Below are positions 17,977 through 25,995 of a DNA stretch of 30,401 nucleotides, one piece after another. Positions within the stretch are counted from its first letter, which is position 1, and each line of letters starts with the position of its first letter. Origin of the DNA: an uncultured Pirellulales bacterium (GTDB lineage Bacteria; Planctomycetota; Phycisphaerae; Sedimentisphaerales; Anaerobacaceae); NCBI GenBank assembly GCA_964567805.1, contig CAZMPL010000002.1, positions 1-30,401 on the forward strand. The letters run 5' to 3'. The translations under genes were made by a program, and so were the position numbers. Below the pieces are notes generated by a model. That model did not search any database. It saw only the letters and a program-made list of their open reading frames with translations, and was not told where the DNA came from.

Positions 17977-19620
17977 ATGGACTTATTTGCAGCTTCTATA
18001 GCATTCGGTGGTTATATCTCAATAATCAAATATATTGTATTCGTAGCGGCGTTTATCGCATGGATTCCGCTCGCAACATGGATTCATAATGACTCAAAAC
18101 CTTTGGAAATAAATACCCTGGTTTGGTCAGCTGCAATTCTCTGTGCAGGAGCAATCGGTATCTTTGCATGGCTTTTGATACCTATTTTCATAGTCGGTTT
18201 GCTTGTTTATGCCGTAATGATTGGTGCTGTATCATTAATTTATATAAAGCAGCGTAATGCAATGGTTTTAGATGCAGATAAAGTATTAACTATAGATCAC
18301 ATTAAAAGCATTTTTGTAAGCCAGGAAAAGAAACTCGAAAGTCTAAAAGGATTTACCTTTATTACAGCAAACAAAAACGATGTTCCAATCCCAGAACCGA
18401 GAACAACAGATTTTTTTGGTTACAAAACAGTTTATGAAATTATCAAAGACGCATCATGGAGAAGAGCAAGTACAGTAGCGCTTACTCCGACACCACAGGA
18501 ATATCAGATCGCTTACAATATCGATGGTTCAGTTAGCAAACAACCAGGCATACCGAAAGACCAGGCGGATTATTTCCTGAAATTTATTAAACAATTAGCT
18601 AATCTGGATATTAACGAAAAAAGAAAACCTCAGAAAGGTGTATTTAAAGTCCATAGGAACGACGTGAAAAAAGACGCCGTCTGGGAAGTCACTACCGCAG
18701 GTTCAACCGCGGGAGAACAAGTCAGGCTTAAAAAAATCACACAGGAAGACCCTATAAAAGTCGACAGGCTTGGACTTATGCCGGAACAAGTCGAATTGCT
18801 AAACAGCTTCAAAGGAAGAAAGCAGGGATTGTTCATAATCAGCGGACCAGAAAAGAGCGGCTTATCAACTACTTTATATGCTATGCTAAGAAATCATGAT
18901 GCCTTCATGAATAGCATAAATACTCTCGAAAAGCAAATTTCAGAACCTTTGCAGAATATCACACAAAATACATTTACTTTGACTGATACAGGCACAACAA
19001 CATACGCCAAAAAACTTTTATCCATTGTAAGAATGGGTTCTGATGTTCTTGGTGTATCAGACTGCGAAGACGCCGAAACCGCACAAGTCGCCTGTAAAGC
19101 GGCAACAGATGGTTCGATTGTTTATCTCGTAATGAAAGCTGACAGCGTAGTACAGGCTTTGAATAAAATGATGAAATATGTCGGCGACAGTGCTATTTTG
19201 GCAAATAGTCTAATGTGCATAAGTAATCAGAGATTGATAAGAAAACTTTGCGATATATGTAAAGAAGCATACGCACCAGACAAAGAATTGTTACGGAAGT
19301 TCAATATTTCCGCCGAAAAAACCAAAGCTCTGTATCGCGCAGGCAAAACAGTCTATGACAAACGCGGCAAACCCTCAACATGTGAGCATTGCCAGGGAAC
19401 AGGTTATTATGACAGGACAGCAGTTTTTGAAATGATTGGAATTAACAGCGAATTAGCAAAGGTCATACAAACACAACCTGTTCCGGAAATCGCAAAACAA
19501 TTCAGAAGAGCAAAAATGCTTTACATGCAGGAACAAATGTTAAGAAGAGTAGTCAGTGGAACAACAACAATAAATGAAATGATAAGAGTACTTCAACCGA
19601 AAAACAATCCGACAAAATAA
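17977..19620 (+). CDS. Membrane-anchored PilB/GspE-like protein with degenerate ATPase motifs
   Basis: About 3 N-terminal TM helices, then a domain colinear with PilB (LDINEKRKPQKG, QRLIRKLCDIC, CEHCQGTGYYDRTAVFE). Walker A reads GPEKSGLST. Confidence 0.85.
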   Translation: MDLFAASIAFGGYISIIKYIVFVAAFIAWIPLATWIHNDSKPLEINTLVWSAAILCAGAIGIFAWLLIPIFIVGLLVYAVMIGAVSLIYIKQRNAMVLDADKVLTIDHIKSIFVSQEKKLESLKGFTFITANKNDVPIPEPRTTDFFGYKTVYEIIKDASWRRASTVALTPTPQEYQIAYNIDGSVSKQPGIPKDQADYFLKFIKQLANLDINEKRKPQKGVFKVHRNDVKKDAVWEVTTAGSTAGEQVRLKKITQEDPIKVDRLGLMPEQVELLNSFKGRKQGLFIISGPEKSGLSTTLYAMLRNHDAFMNSINTLEKQISEPLQNITQNTFTLTDTGTTTYAKKLLSIVRMGSDVLGVSDCEDAETAQVACKAATDGSIVYLVMKADSVVQALNKMMKYVGDSAILANSLMCISNQRLIRKLCDICKEAYAPDKELLRKFNISAEKTKALYRAGKTVYDKRGKPSTCEHCQGTGYYDRTAVFEMIGINSELAKVIQTQPVPEIAKQFRRAKMLYMQEQMLRRVVSGTTTINEMIRVLQPKNNPTK

Positions 19621-19678
19621 GATTGCTTGAAGTAATTGTACTATCGAATAAAGATTAATTCATAAACCGGAGTTTTTT

Positions 19679-21010
19679 ATGGCAAGTATCGCTATATTGA
19701 TAATAATGTTAGGATGTGCGGCATTACTATTTCTCAAAGGAACACTAATCAGGGCGTTAGCGTCTATCTTCGTTGCAATTTGTGCACTAATTGCGGCGTT
19801 TGGCTTTTTTGAATTTGTTTCGAATCTCATTATCAGCCGGGCTGAAAAAGGATTTTTTCTTTCATTAGTAAACTTTGCACAACCAATCAGTTTTACCCTG
19901 ATTTTTGTAATTGTTTTCGCCGCTCTTGAAGCACTTGCTATACATTTAACTCGCGAAGAAGTTGATTTTGGATTATGGCCGGAACGAGTCGGACGAGCGG
20001 CTTGCGGCCTTATTCTGGGTTTAATCGTATCCGGTGTTATTATTACAATTCTTGCGATGGTCCCTTCCCTGCCAATGAATTTACCTTACGAGCGTTTCAA
20101 TGCGGCAAGCCCGAAACATAATGAGCCCAAAAAAATTCTTTTTAATGCTGATGGTTTTGTTACTAATTTATTCAGTACAATTAGTAATGGTTCTCTGAGC
20201 GGAAAAAGAAGTTTTTCAGTTCTTCATGCAAACTATCTCGATCAGGTATTTATGAATCGTTTACCGGCGAATGTCTCTATAGTAACCAGCTCTACGCCCG
20301 CCATTGCAGTACCTAATGATAAAGCAGTATGGCCCGCTTCGGAAGCAATTAAAACACAAATTAATGAATTACTCACAAGCGGCGAACTTAATTCTTCGCC
20401 GGGTAAACCATCTGACGGCTATAATCCAATGATAGTAAGAAGCGGAATTAAAAGAAGCGCCGTAAAAACTGAAAGCAAAGTCACTGCTGGAAAATTTACC
20501 GCTTCTCAACTCAGAATTGTTTGCAAAAAAAGCACTGAATTGCAGAATCCTCTCAGCGGCTCTTCTATAAATGTATTTCCAATCGGCTATCTTCGTCCCG
20601 CAAATCAAATGCAGGTTATGAAGGAAATCTCTTTAGACAATAATAGTTTTAACAATATCTCAACAAAAGAAATCGATTTTGTCTTCTGCGTCCCAAGCGG
20701 ATATACACCTGTTCTTGCCGAATTCAAGTTAAACAATGTAGTACAAATCGCACAAAGCACAATCCTTAAAGACGCAACGGAAGCACCTTCGCCCGCGACA
20801 TTCTTCCAAAGAACAGAAGGTGACAATCAGGGAGGTGCTCCAGGCTTCCCGGGTCAGGGAGCAGGAGGTTTTCCAGGGGGATTCCCAGGCCAGAATGCAC
20901 CAGGAGGCAATGGTATGGGGGATCAGCAGAATAATACACCTGAAAGTACGGCAGAGAAACTCACTGAAGGCATTACTGGAATTGGAACAAGCAGTGAGTT
21001 AGAAAATTAA
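19679..21010 (+). CDS. CvpA-family membrane protein with long soluble C-terminal extension
   Basis: N-terminal ~150 aa with 4 TM segments in a CvpA-like pattern (LKGTLIRALAS; ERVGRAACGLILG). The remaining ~290 aa are soluble and end in a G/P-rich tail. Confidence 0.7.
   Translation: MASIAILIIMLGCAALLFLKGTLIRALASIFVAICALIAAFGFFEFVSNLIISRAEKGFFLSLVNFAQPISFTLIFVIVFAALEALAIHLTREEVDFGLWPERVGRAACGLILGLIVSGVIITILAMVPSLPMNLPYERFNAASPKHNEPKKILFNADGFVTNLFSTISNGSLSGKRSFSVLHANYLDQVFMNRLPANVSIVTSSTPAIAVPNDKAVWPASEAIKTQINELLTSGELNSSPGKPSDGYNPMIVRSGIKRSAVKTESKVTAGKFTASQLRIVCKKSTELQNPLSGSSINVFPIGYLRPANQMQVMKEISLDNNSFNNISTKEIDFVFCVPSGYTPVLAEFKLNNVVQIAQSTILKDATEAPSPATFFQRTEGDNQGGAPGFPGQGAGGFPGGFPGQNAPGGNGMGDQQNNTPESTAEKLTEGITGIGTSSELEN
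20831..20908 (+). repeat. Low-complexity GFPG coding repeat
   Basis: Encodes GGAPGFPGQGAGGFPGGFPGQNAPGG. Confidence 0.7.
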
Positions 21011-21107
21011 CTGCTTATTCCCAACTCCAATAAATAATTAATGATTTGAATTATAATCTGAAAAAAGATTATGATATGTTATATTACAAAAAAATAGAGA
21101 TTCTGTT

Positions 21108-21257
21108 TTAACAGCAAACAGCAACTTCTTCCAAATCAAGTTCCATCAGATGCTCGAGGTATTCGTTAAGATCTTCTTCTGAAAAAGTTGCAAGAAATTC
21201 CGGCTTGGCTGTTTTATTGATTTTACAAATGTAATCTATCAACTCTCTTTTTTCCAT
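21108..21257 (-). CDS. Small acidic protein, 49 aa (absent from ORF track)
   Basis: Hand translation gives MEKRELIDYICKINKTAKPEFLATFSEEDLNEYLEHLMELDLEEVAVCC*. AAGGA lies 9 nt upstream. Confidence 0.65.
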   Translation of the reverse strand: MEKRELIDYICKINKTAKPEFLATFSEEDLNEYLEHLMELDLEEVAVCC

Positions 21258-21391
21258 ATCAAAATATCCTTATAAATAACTGGAGAACCGAGTAAACTTC
21301 GTTTCTTAATAACAATTCTCAAATTATCGACACCGCAAACCCATTTTCTTTAGCATCTTAAAATACGACCCAATACTCGTCCTATAACTAA

Positions 21392-21439
21392 CAACACCAT
21401 ATAGAAGGTATTTTTTAAGAGAACTACTATATATAGTGA
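21392..21439. promoter_or_regulatory. Tandem NrdR-box-like pair
   Basis: CAACACCATATAGAAG (21392-21407) and CTACTATATATAGTGA (21424-21439), 32 bp apart. The cores match CwAtATaTwG at 8/10 and 10/10. Confidence 0.5.
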
Positions 21440-21737
21440 CACCCCCACAAAACATGAATTTACATCCAAATCAAGTCCAATAAAATCGAACCAACAGACC
21501 TATAACCACAATTTAAAAAATATGGAAAATTTCTTTTTTTATTAATATTTTAAATAAATGCAAGGAGAGACCTCCTTGTAATTCAAAATTTTTTACTCAT
21601 CACCAAAAGGCATGAACATCTCCATAAGAAAAGCTTATAATATATATAATTAACAGAATACACAGCTTAGCTTGACAAAAATGGAATTTTTTGAGATAAA
21701 TAGAACTTCTTATTACATTTTTGTTCGGAATAAAAAT

Positions 21738-22586
21738 ATGGCACATAAAATTGTATCGAAAAAACAGTTATCGAATGACGTTTTCACCGCCGAGGTTGAA
21801 GCGCCTCTTATCGCAGCAGCGAGGCAGCCCGGCCAATTCGTTATTATTGGTATTAATAATGAGTATTCAGAAAGAATTCCGCTCACAATAGCCGGAGCTG
21901 ACCCGAAAAAAGGAACTATCCAGCTTATCTGGCAAAGAGTAGGAAAAACAACCGCAGAGCTTTCCGAACTGAACGTTGGAGATACAATCGCCAATGTTGC
22001 AGGACCTCTGGGAAAAGCAACACATCTGAAAAAGTTCGGTACTGTAGTTTGTATTGGCGGCGGTATTGGAAACGCCCCGCTTCTGCCTATCGCGTCAGCA
22101 CTAAAAGAACATGGGAATAAAATAATCAGCATACTCGGCGCAAGGAACAAGGAGTTACTTATTCTCGTGGATGAATTCGCGAAAATAAGTGATGAATTAA
22201 TTGTCACTACCGACGATGGTTCGTATGGTCGCAAAGCCTTAGTCACGGAACCTCTCAAGGAAATATGTATGCGTGACCCGAAACCCGACCAGGCTTATGC
22301 AATCGGGCCGGCGATTATGATGAAATTCTGCTGCGGGGTGACAAAACAATTCAATGTCCCGACTGAAGTGTCACTCAATACTATTATGATTGACGGTACA
22401 GGTATGTGTGGCGGATGCAGAATCGAATTTGACGGCAAGCCTAAATTTGTCTGCGTGGATGGTCCTGAATTCGATGGCCATAAAGTTAATTTCGATTTAA
22501 TGATGAAAAGACTCAGTGCATACAAAAATCTGGAACAAAGAGAGCACGAAAAGCATAAATGCAAAATCGGCCTGGATAGAAAATAA
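21738..22586 (+). CDS. nfnA: NfnA/SudB: FAD/NAD-binding [2Fe-2S] subunit of the electron-bifurcating transhydrogenase
   Basis: PGQFVII, ERIPLTI, GPLG, IGGGIGNAP, DGTGMCGGCR and CVDGPEF motifs. Start MAHKIV at 21738; the TTG at 21672 is more likely a -35 TTGACA. Confidence 0.88.
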   Translation: MAHKIVSKKQLSNDVFTAEVEAPLIAAARQPGQFVIIGINNEYSERIPLTIAGADPKKGTIQLIWQRVGKTTAELSELNVGDTIANVAGPLGKATHLKKFGTVVCIGGGIGNAPLLPIASALKEHGNKIISILGARNKELLILVDEFAKISDELIVTTDDGSYGRKALVTEPLKEICMRDPKPDQAYAIGPAIMMKFCCGVTKQFNVPTEVSLNTIMIDGTGMCGGCRIEFDGKPKFVCVDGPEFDGHKVNFDLMMKRLSAYKNLEQREHEKHKCKIGLDRK

Positions 22587-22627
22587 AAACACCATTGAGC
22601 GTGGTTTATATATAGGATAATTTCCAA

Positions 22628-24148
22628 ATGACTGAAAAAGAAAGACAAGAACTTTTGCAAAACCTTTTAGCAAAACAAAAAGCAGGTACACTTACAGCAG
22701 CTCAAAGATATGAAATTCCATTGCAGGAAATGCCCGAGCAGAATCCTGAGATAAGAAGAACAAACGTAAATGAAGTCGCTACAGGTTACACTGAAACAAA
22801 CGCTCGAATCGAAGCTTTACGATGTCTTCGCTGCAAAAACGCACCATGCGTACAGGGCTGCCCGGTTAAAATCAGGATAAAAGATTTTGTCGAAGCAATC
22901 GCAGAAGGCCAATACAGTAAGGCTCTTTCTATAATAAAGGAAAACTCACTTCTCCCGGCGGTTTGCGGCAGAGTTTGTCCCCAGGAAAATCAGTGCCAGC
23001 TTACCTGCACAGTCGGAAAGAAATTCAAAGACCCGACAAAAGCGGTTTCAATAGGCCGTCTCGAACGTTTCGTCGCGGACCTTGACTTTGTGGCACGGGC
23101 TTCCAGCCCGAGCGGTCATGGGCTGGAAGCCCATGACACATCGACTCCCGCAGTCGCTGCGGAAACCGGAAAGAAAGTCGCTATAATCGGCTCTGGGCCC
23201 GGTGGTATCGTCGCGGCGGCCGATACGAGAAGAGCGGGACATGATGTCACCTTGTTCGAAGCTTTCCACAAACCCGGCGGTGTTATGGTTTATGGAATTC
23301 CGGAATTCAGACTTCCAAAAGTCATCGTGCAAAAAGAAATTGATACACTTATTAAAATGGGTGTAAAAATAAATTACAACTTCATCGTAGGCAAAACCAG
23401 AACAATTCAGCAATTAATGAAAGAAGACGGATTCGACGCGGTCTATATCGGTGTAGGCGCGGGACTTCCGAATTTCATGGGAATCGAAGGCGAATCTCTT
23501 GTAGGCGTATTCAGTGCGAATGAATACCTCACCCGTGCCAATCTTATGAAAGCATATAGCTTTGGTTCAGGTTCTGATACACCAATCATTCAATCCAAGA
23601 AAGTCGCGGTCATTGGCGGCGGAAATGTTGCTATGGACGCGGCCAGAACCGCACTTCGTCTCGGTGCCGAAAAAGTCTATCTGATATATAGAAGAACTGA
23701 AAAGGAAATGCCCGCTCGAATCGAAGAAGTACATCACGCGAAACAGGAAGGCATAGAATTCCATATGTTACAAAGTCCAATACGAATACTTGGAGATGAA
23801 AACAGCAAAGTAACCAGTATCGAATGCCTCAAATACGAACTTGGCGAGCCGGACGATTCGGGAAGAAGAAGACCGGTTGCGATAAAAGGTTCGGAATTCA
23901 TTATCGAACTTGATACGGTTATTATCGCTATCGGGAACACACCAAACCCGCTTATTTCACAAACTATGCCTGAGCTTGAAATGACTCGTTGGGGAACAAT
24001 AGTTATCGATGAAAAAACTATGGCGACTTCCGTGCCTGGCGTTTTTGCCGGCGGTGATATTGTTTCCGGCGCAGCGACTGTAATTCTCGCTATGGGTCAG
24101 GGAAGAGTAGCGGCGGCGTCAATTAACGAATACCTTGCAAAAAAGTAA
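22628..24148 (+). CDS. nfnB: NfnB/SudA (GltD-like NADPH oxidoreductase, annotated gltA in many genomes)
   Basis: EALRCLRCKNAPCVQGCP and CGRVCPQENQC (Glu-containing cluster ligand set); GSGPGG; GGGNVAMDAAR; GVFAGGDIVSG. Directly follows nfnA. Confidence 0.88.
   Translation: MTEKERQELLQNLLAKQKAGTLTAAQRYEIPLQEMPEQNPEIRRTNVNEVATGYTETNARIEALRCLRCKNAPCVQGCPVKIRIKDFVEAIAEGQYSKALSIIKENSLLPAVCGRVCPQENQCQLTCTVGKKFKDPTKAVSIGRLERFVADLDFVARASSPSGHGLEAHDTSTPAVAAETGKKVAIIGSGPGGIVAAADTRRAGHDVTLFEAFHKPGGVMVYGIPEFRLPKVIVQKEIDTLIKMGVKINYNFIVGKTRTIQQLMKEDGFDAVYIGVGAGLPNFMGIEGESLVGVFSANEYLTRANLMKAYSFGSGSDTPIIQSKKVAVIGGGNVAMDAARTALRLGAEKVYLIYRRTEKEMPARIEEVHHAKQEGIEFHMLQSPIRILGDENSKVTSIECLKYELGEPDDSGRRRPVAIKGSEFIIELDTVIIAIGNTPNPLISQTMPELEMTRWGTIVIDEKTMATSVPGVFAGGDIVSGAATVILAMGQGRVAAASINEYLAKK
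23089..23140. repeat. REP-like inverted doublet inside nfnB
   Basis: Arms TGTGGCACGGGCTTCCAGCCCGAG (23089-23112) and CATGGGCTGGAAGCCCATGACACA (23117-23140) are inverted with 20/24 identity. Each arm is itself a hairpin. Confidence 0.8.
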
Positions 24149-24234
24149 TTTCTTTTATTTTTGCTTTTGAAACTTAACCATTTCTAAAGCATAATATAAA
24201 GTATCCAGAGATATAAAGAGTCATATTGCAACTA

Positions 24235-24263
24235 TTGCCAATACACAATCCTTGTGTTAATAT
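24235..24263 (+). promoter_or_regulatory. Promoter candidate for nadE
   Basis: TTGCCA (24235-24240), N17, TAATAT (24258-24263), with a TGn extension. Confidence 0.45.
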
Positions 24264-24327
24264 AACTTATCGTTTATTAAAGCTAAAATTGTTTGTTATT
24301 TAAATAAACCTGGAATACAAAAATATT

Positions 24328-25980
24328 ATGCGTATCGGTCTTGGGCAATTTAATTCGATTGTCGGAAATCTTTCGGGCAATGTTGAAAAGATGAAAGAGT
24401 TTTACAATCGAGCTATTCAGGAAAAAGTAGATTTGCTGATTTTCCCCGAATTGGCAATTTGCGGCTATCCGCCTGAAGATTTAGTCTTAAAGAAGCATTT
24501 TCTCGAAGAATGTACAAGCAGTATAGAAAAAGCCGCTGCAGTTTGCCCGGACATGACAATCATTGCCGGTGTTGTCGAAACCGAAGGCGATAAAAGCTAC
24601 AACTCCGCGGCGGTAATGCAAGACGGCAAGGTAAAAAATATATACCGAAAAGTGCAATTACCTAATTACGGCGTATTCGATGAGCGAAGGTATTTCCAGC
24701 ATGGCACCGAGCCGCTGGTAATTGAAATCAAAGGCAAAAGACTGGCAATAACAATATGCGAGGATATATGGAAATTGAAATGGCTCGCTGATTTTCTGAA
24801 AAATTCCATGCCTATAGATATGCTTGTCAACATATCCGCATCACCATTTCATTACGGCAAAATCAAAATAAAAGAACAGATTCTGAGTGACTGCGCGATT
24901 AATCTAAATTGCGCGGTTGCGTATTGCAATTTAGTCGGATGCCAGGACGAAATCCTTTTCGACGGCAGGAGCATTTTGGCAGATTCGTCGGGGAAAATAG
25001 TTACAAAAGCAAAAGCATTCGAAGAAGATTTATTAATTGCTGATATTGTCCCTGGCACAAAAAAGAAAATGCAAATAAAACCTCTTGGCCCGGAAGCTTC
25101 TCAGCCGGAAAATGTAATCGACGAAATTTATCAGGCGCTGGTTTTGGGAACAAGAGATTACACTCATAAGAACGGATTCAAAAAAGTCCTGCTTGGTCTT
25201 AGCGGTGGAATTGATTCTTCTATCGTAGCGGCTATCGCGGTGGCGGCTCTTGGTAAAGAGAATGTAATCGGAATAACTATGCCGACAAAATTCAACAGTG
25301 CCGAAACAATTTCAGACGCGGGAAAACTCGCAAAGAATTTTGGTATGGAATTTTTGACAATCCCAATCCATTCCATTTTGCAGGAATTCGACGATTCATT
25401 AAAAAGCGTTCAGGGCTGGGAAAGCAAAGGTATCGCTTATGAAAATCTACAGGCCAGAATTCGCGGCACAATCCTGATGTCACTGAGTAATAAAACAGGT
25501 TCACTCGTATTAACTACAGGCAACAAAAGTGAAACCGCGGTCGGTTATTCAACATTATATGGTGACACGGCAGGCGGATTCGCGGTTATAAAAGATGTCC
25601 CAAAGACTATCGTTTACAAGCTGGCGGAGCATATAAATAAAATTTCAGGAAGCGATGTTATTCCTGTCGATGTTATAACACGCCCGCCAAGTGCAGAACT
25701 TAAATTGAACCAGAAGGATACCGATTCATTGCCTGATTATGATTTGCTCGATGAAATCCTGAAAGGCTATGTCGAAGAAGATAAATCAGCAAAAGAGCTT
25801 ATAAAATCCGGTTTGCCCAGGGACATCGTAATTCGTGTAATTCGAATGGTCGATAGAAACGAATATAAACGAAGACAATCACCGCCTGGTGTGAAAATTA
25901 CTACAAAGGCATTTGGGAAAGACAGAAGACTACCGATTACCAATCATTACAAATCCGGAAGTGACATGACTGATTTGTGA
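24328..25980 (+). CDS. nadE: Glutamine-dependent NAD+ synthetase
   Basis: CN-hydrolase triad (FPELAICGYPPED, YRKVQLPNYGVFDE, TICEDIW) plus synthetase motifs GLSGGIDS, ENLQARIRG, TGNKSE and PPSAEL. Confidence 0.95.
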   Translation: MRIGLGQFNSIVGNLSGNVEKMKEFYNRAIQEKVDLLIFPELAICGYPPEDLVLKKHFLEECTSSIEKAAAVCPDMTIIAGVVETEGDKSYNSAAVMQDGKVKNIYRKVQLPNYGVFDERRYFQHGTEPLVIEIKGKRLAITICEDIWKLKWLADFLKNSMPIDMLVNISASPFHYGKIKIKEQILSDCAINLNCAVAYCNLVGCQDEILFDGRSILADSSGKIVTKAKAFEEDLLIADIVPGTKKKMQIKPLGPEASQPENVIDEIYQALVLGTRDYTHKNGFKKVLLGLSGGIDSSIVAAIAVAALGKENVIGITMPTKFNSAETISDAGKLAKNFGMEFLTIPIHSILQEFDDSLKSVQGWESKGIAYENLQARIRGTILMSLSNKTGSLVLTTGNKSETAVGYSTLYGDTAGGFAVIKDVPKTIVYKLAEHINKISGSDVIPVDVITRPPSAELKLNQKDTDSLPDYDLLDEILKGYVEEDKSAKELIKSGLPRDIVIRVIRMVDRNEYKRRQSPPGVKITTKAFGKDRRLPITNHYKSGSDMTDL

Positions 25981-25995
25981 AGAATATTATGAGGA

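Noticed and set aside
21053-21072. ATAATCT-N6-AGATTAT inverted repeat between convergent cvpA-like gene and small ORF
   Set aside because: The 7-bp AT-rich stem is too weak to call a terminator and is expected by chance at this composition.
21672-21737. TTG start and N-terminal extension of NfnA
   Set aside because: The TTG is part of a TTGACA box, and the family-like sequence begins at MAHKIV (21738).
21440-21737. Rex operator upstream of nfnAB
   Set aside because: No TTGTGAA-N4-TTCACAA-like site was found by eye.
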